DNA of 64,000 nt, from NCBI GenBank assembly GCA_052426225.1, contig JBNJNM010000012.1, forward strand, positions 186,001 to 250,000. The letters run 5' to 3'. A model generated the notes under the pieces. That model did no database searches and was not told where the DNA came from. It worked only from the letters and a program-made list of their open reading frames with translations. This document shows positions 61,709 to 64,000 of this stretch, piece by piece. The translations under genes were made by a program, and so were the position numbers. Each line of letters opens with the position of its first letter. The stretch's first letter is position 1. The DNA comes from Zancudomyces culisetae HAW-14-8 (taxonomy: Eukaryota; Fungi; Kickxellomycota).

Positions 61709-64000
61709 GATTACAGCTACACGAGAAACAGGGTTGTATTTCAGCGAGTCTAAATTCGCTATCCTGACCGCTGGGTTCACTTTTTCTCCACATACTAGCG
61801 TATTTTGACATGGTATTTTGTTTCTTTTATGATTTTTTTATTTTTATTAGAAACATCTAAAAGTCAAGCGCCGATTTTCATGACTTTTTATCTTTGTTCT
61901 AATAAACATGTCTTTTGGTTTGCATAAAATATTAACTACAGTTTTTGTTATAGCAAATAATGTAATTCACAATTATTTCGAAAACAAACAAGTTTTAACC
62001 AAGTTGTATTATGAATAAAAGAAGAGGTGTAACGTCCCCTCTAAAGTATATATGGTGGCCAGTGCAACTGGAAGTGTACATGGTGCTAGTCTATTGCATT
62101 TATAAAAATAGATACATGTATCTAGAGCCTTTTATTATTTGTTCCAGTTTTTTTTTTGTATTCGCACTTGGTGCCTTTGACAAAACAACTAGTCGCACTG
62201 TCTATAATTTCACGTTGTGGAAAATATATAGATCCAAGTAACGCTTTTCAGCACAAACCTAAATTATAAACCAGATTTAAGCCAATACAAATGCATAAAT
62301 GTATACCATGGATAAAGATGAATATATACGTCGATACTTTAATTGGCTGGATAGTTGTGATTCTCAGACCTGACAGGTGACCCACAAGATCACTTCATCG
62401 ATAACGTAGTGTGTCAATGTTTCGAAATAAAATGTGAAATTCTGTACCAGCCTTGTCATCAGTAATTCTTTGTATTGTGACTTTTTTTGTTCACCTCCAC
62501 TTGCCCCTGCTTTTCCCCCTTATCGATGCTTATAAAACAAAGGACAAGTTTCTTGTGTTATTAAAATATGACCAAAAATGCTTTATAGGTACTTGAGTAT
62601 TATCAGGATGTCTAATTTTGGCAGTTTTTTATATTTATGTATTTTTCGGACAATAAAACCTAATTGCCCAATACGGATGCATGTTGTCAATGATCCCTCC
62701 TAAACTTAATAATGGTCTCGACGAAAATACGTATAAAAGAATTGTGAGCTGTTATATTTCTGTATATTCTGTCTTTTTATCAGATTGTTCATAATTGCTG
62801 TGCGTATTTTTTATCATTTGTCAGGCTGGGCAACCAACCTGACAAATGTTTCTAAATGAAAGACCCATAGCTTACATTAGATATATGTTGTAGCAATATT
62901 TGCTAGTGGTACAGCTTATGGAAGTATTTGAATAAATGCTATGCTAAAAGAAAAGGGAAAAACCACATAGATATTTTAGACAATCTGAATGGACACATTG
63001 TTGCAAAAAAAAATTTTTTTTTTCATTGTGTGACATAATTTGGAACACTGAGATTGATATCTTTGGTCTAAAATGTGTACTATAGTAGTATTGATATAGA
63101 ACGAGAATATGGAAATAAACAAGTGGGAATGTGGCGATGAGTGAGCACGGAGACTAAAATCAATCTGAAGCAAGGTTTGTGCGCATAGTTTCATCTGGTC
63201 ATAATATTCAGCTTGGTGGTTTTCTTTGAATGTTACATACTTGAGTTGAAGGGGTATGTCTAGTTGAGTGGAAAGGATTTTTTTTATTAGTAGTATAGTA
63301 TATTTATCAATATAACACCAGTATATAATTTGGATATATTTTTTATTGATTTAAAATTGCTTGCAAAACTAAGTGTTTTTTAACATCCAATTTGCTCTAT
63401 TGCTTCTGATCTAACATTAGCTGGCCAAATCATGGTTTTTATTGCTTGAATATTGTGTAGTGATTTTTGTGGTAGATTTAAATAGGGAATTAGCGGGCGG
63501 AGGGTAGTTTACAATTGGCATTTATTTGAATTTCACAGCAAAGCAAAAATAAACAGGTCTCCAGGTGCTATCAGTCCAAAAAAAAGAAAATAATGGAGTG
63601 AGAAAACAGCGGAGATTTGATGGGAGATCTTTATCGCTTAAAATCCATTGGAGAGTTGGTTTTTTTCGAGGCATTTCAAACAACATTAATAATAATCACG
63701 TTTCTAAGATTGTCTTCAATTGTATTTGGTCAGCAATACAGAAGCTAACCATTATTGGTAATAAAAAGAATATTCATACCTAGAGCATGCTTTCTATTGG
63801 CGTAATAAAAAGCATTTATTACCTCCAAGCCTGTTACCATTCAATTCAATTAAAAAAAGTGTAATTTGATTTGCCTATGTTTTCAAGCATGCTAAATCGA
63901 ATCAATCTATGGGTATTTATTGGCACTAAAAAAAAAAAAGTCTTTCGAGGGCTTTTGCATACTGAAAATTACCAATGCTAAACTAAGGAGAAGACTGGAG

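Noticed and set aside
62363-62462. Minus-strand TGATGA...CTGA pair resembling a box C/D snoRNA
   Set aside because: No terminal stem and no rRNA-complementary guide that I could recognise. It would need snoscan/Infernal.
1-64000. Selenoprotein (in-frame TGA/SECIS), CRISPR, tRNA/rRNA, transposase or recombinase genes
   Set aside because: None seen by eye. In particular, no site-specific recombinase accompanies the inverted repeats, so any flipping would rely on homologous recombination.

Overview
AT-rich eukaryotic DNA with short GT-AG introns and fungal-type proteins. An early-diverging fungus such as a Zoopagomycota/Harpellales-like lineage is plausible, but this is inference only. The window holds about 17 protein-coding loci: a large low-complexity RhoGEF (DH) protein, a PhyH-family dioxygenase, an AreA/Gat1-type GATA factor, two GNS1/SUR4 fatty-acid elongase paralogs, a hypothetical protein, ARG4, phosducin-like PLP2, EMC3, an ETR1/MECR-like enoyl reductase, a SIZ/PIAS SUMO ligase, UBP6/USP14, APC4, an IRC3-like helicase, a WKF-domain protein, a C2H2 zinc-finger TF, and two small secreted Cys-containing paralogs. 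I saw no tRNA, rRNA, CRISPR or intact transposon. The most striking signal is three pairs of near-identical inverted repeats. (1) An ~840-bp palindrome carries the promoter plus signal peptide of two divergently transcribed secreted proteins. Identity stops right after the signal peptide, and the mature domains are strongly diverged. (2) Two inverted elongase paralogs are essentially identical over 465 bp but differ in promoter and C-terminal helices. (3) A ~280-bp non-coding repeat brackets a 14.9-kb block, and flipping that block turns the two elongases into a tandem pair about 2.1 kb apart.
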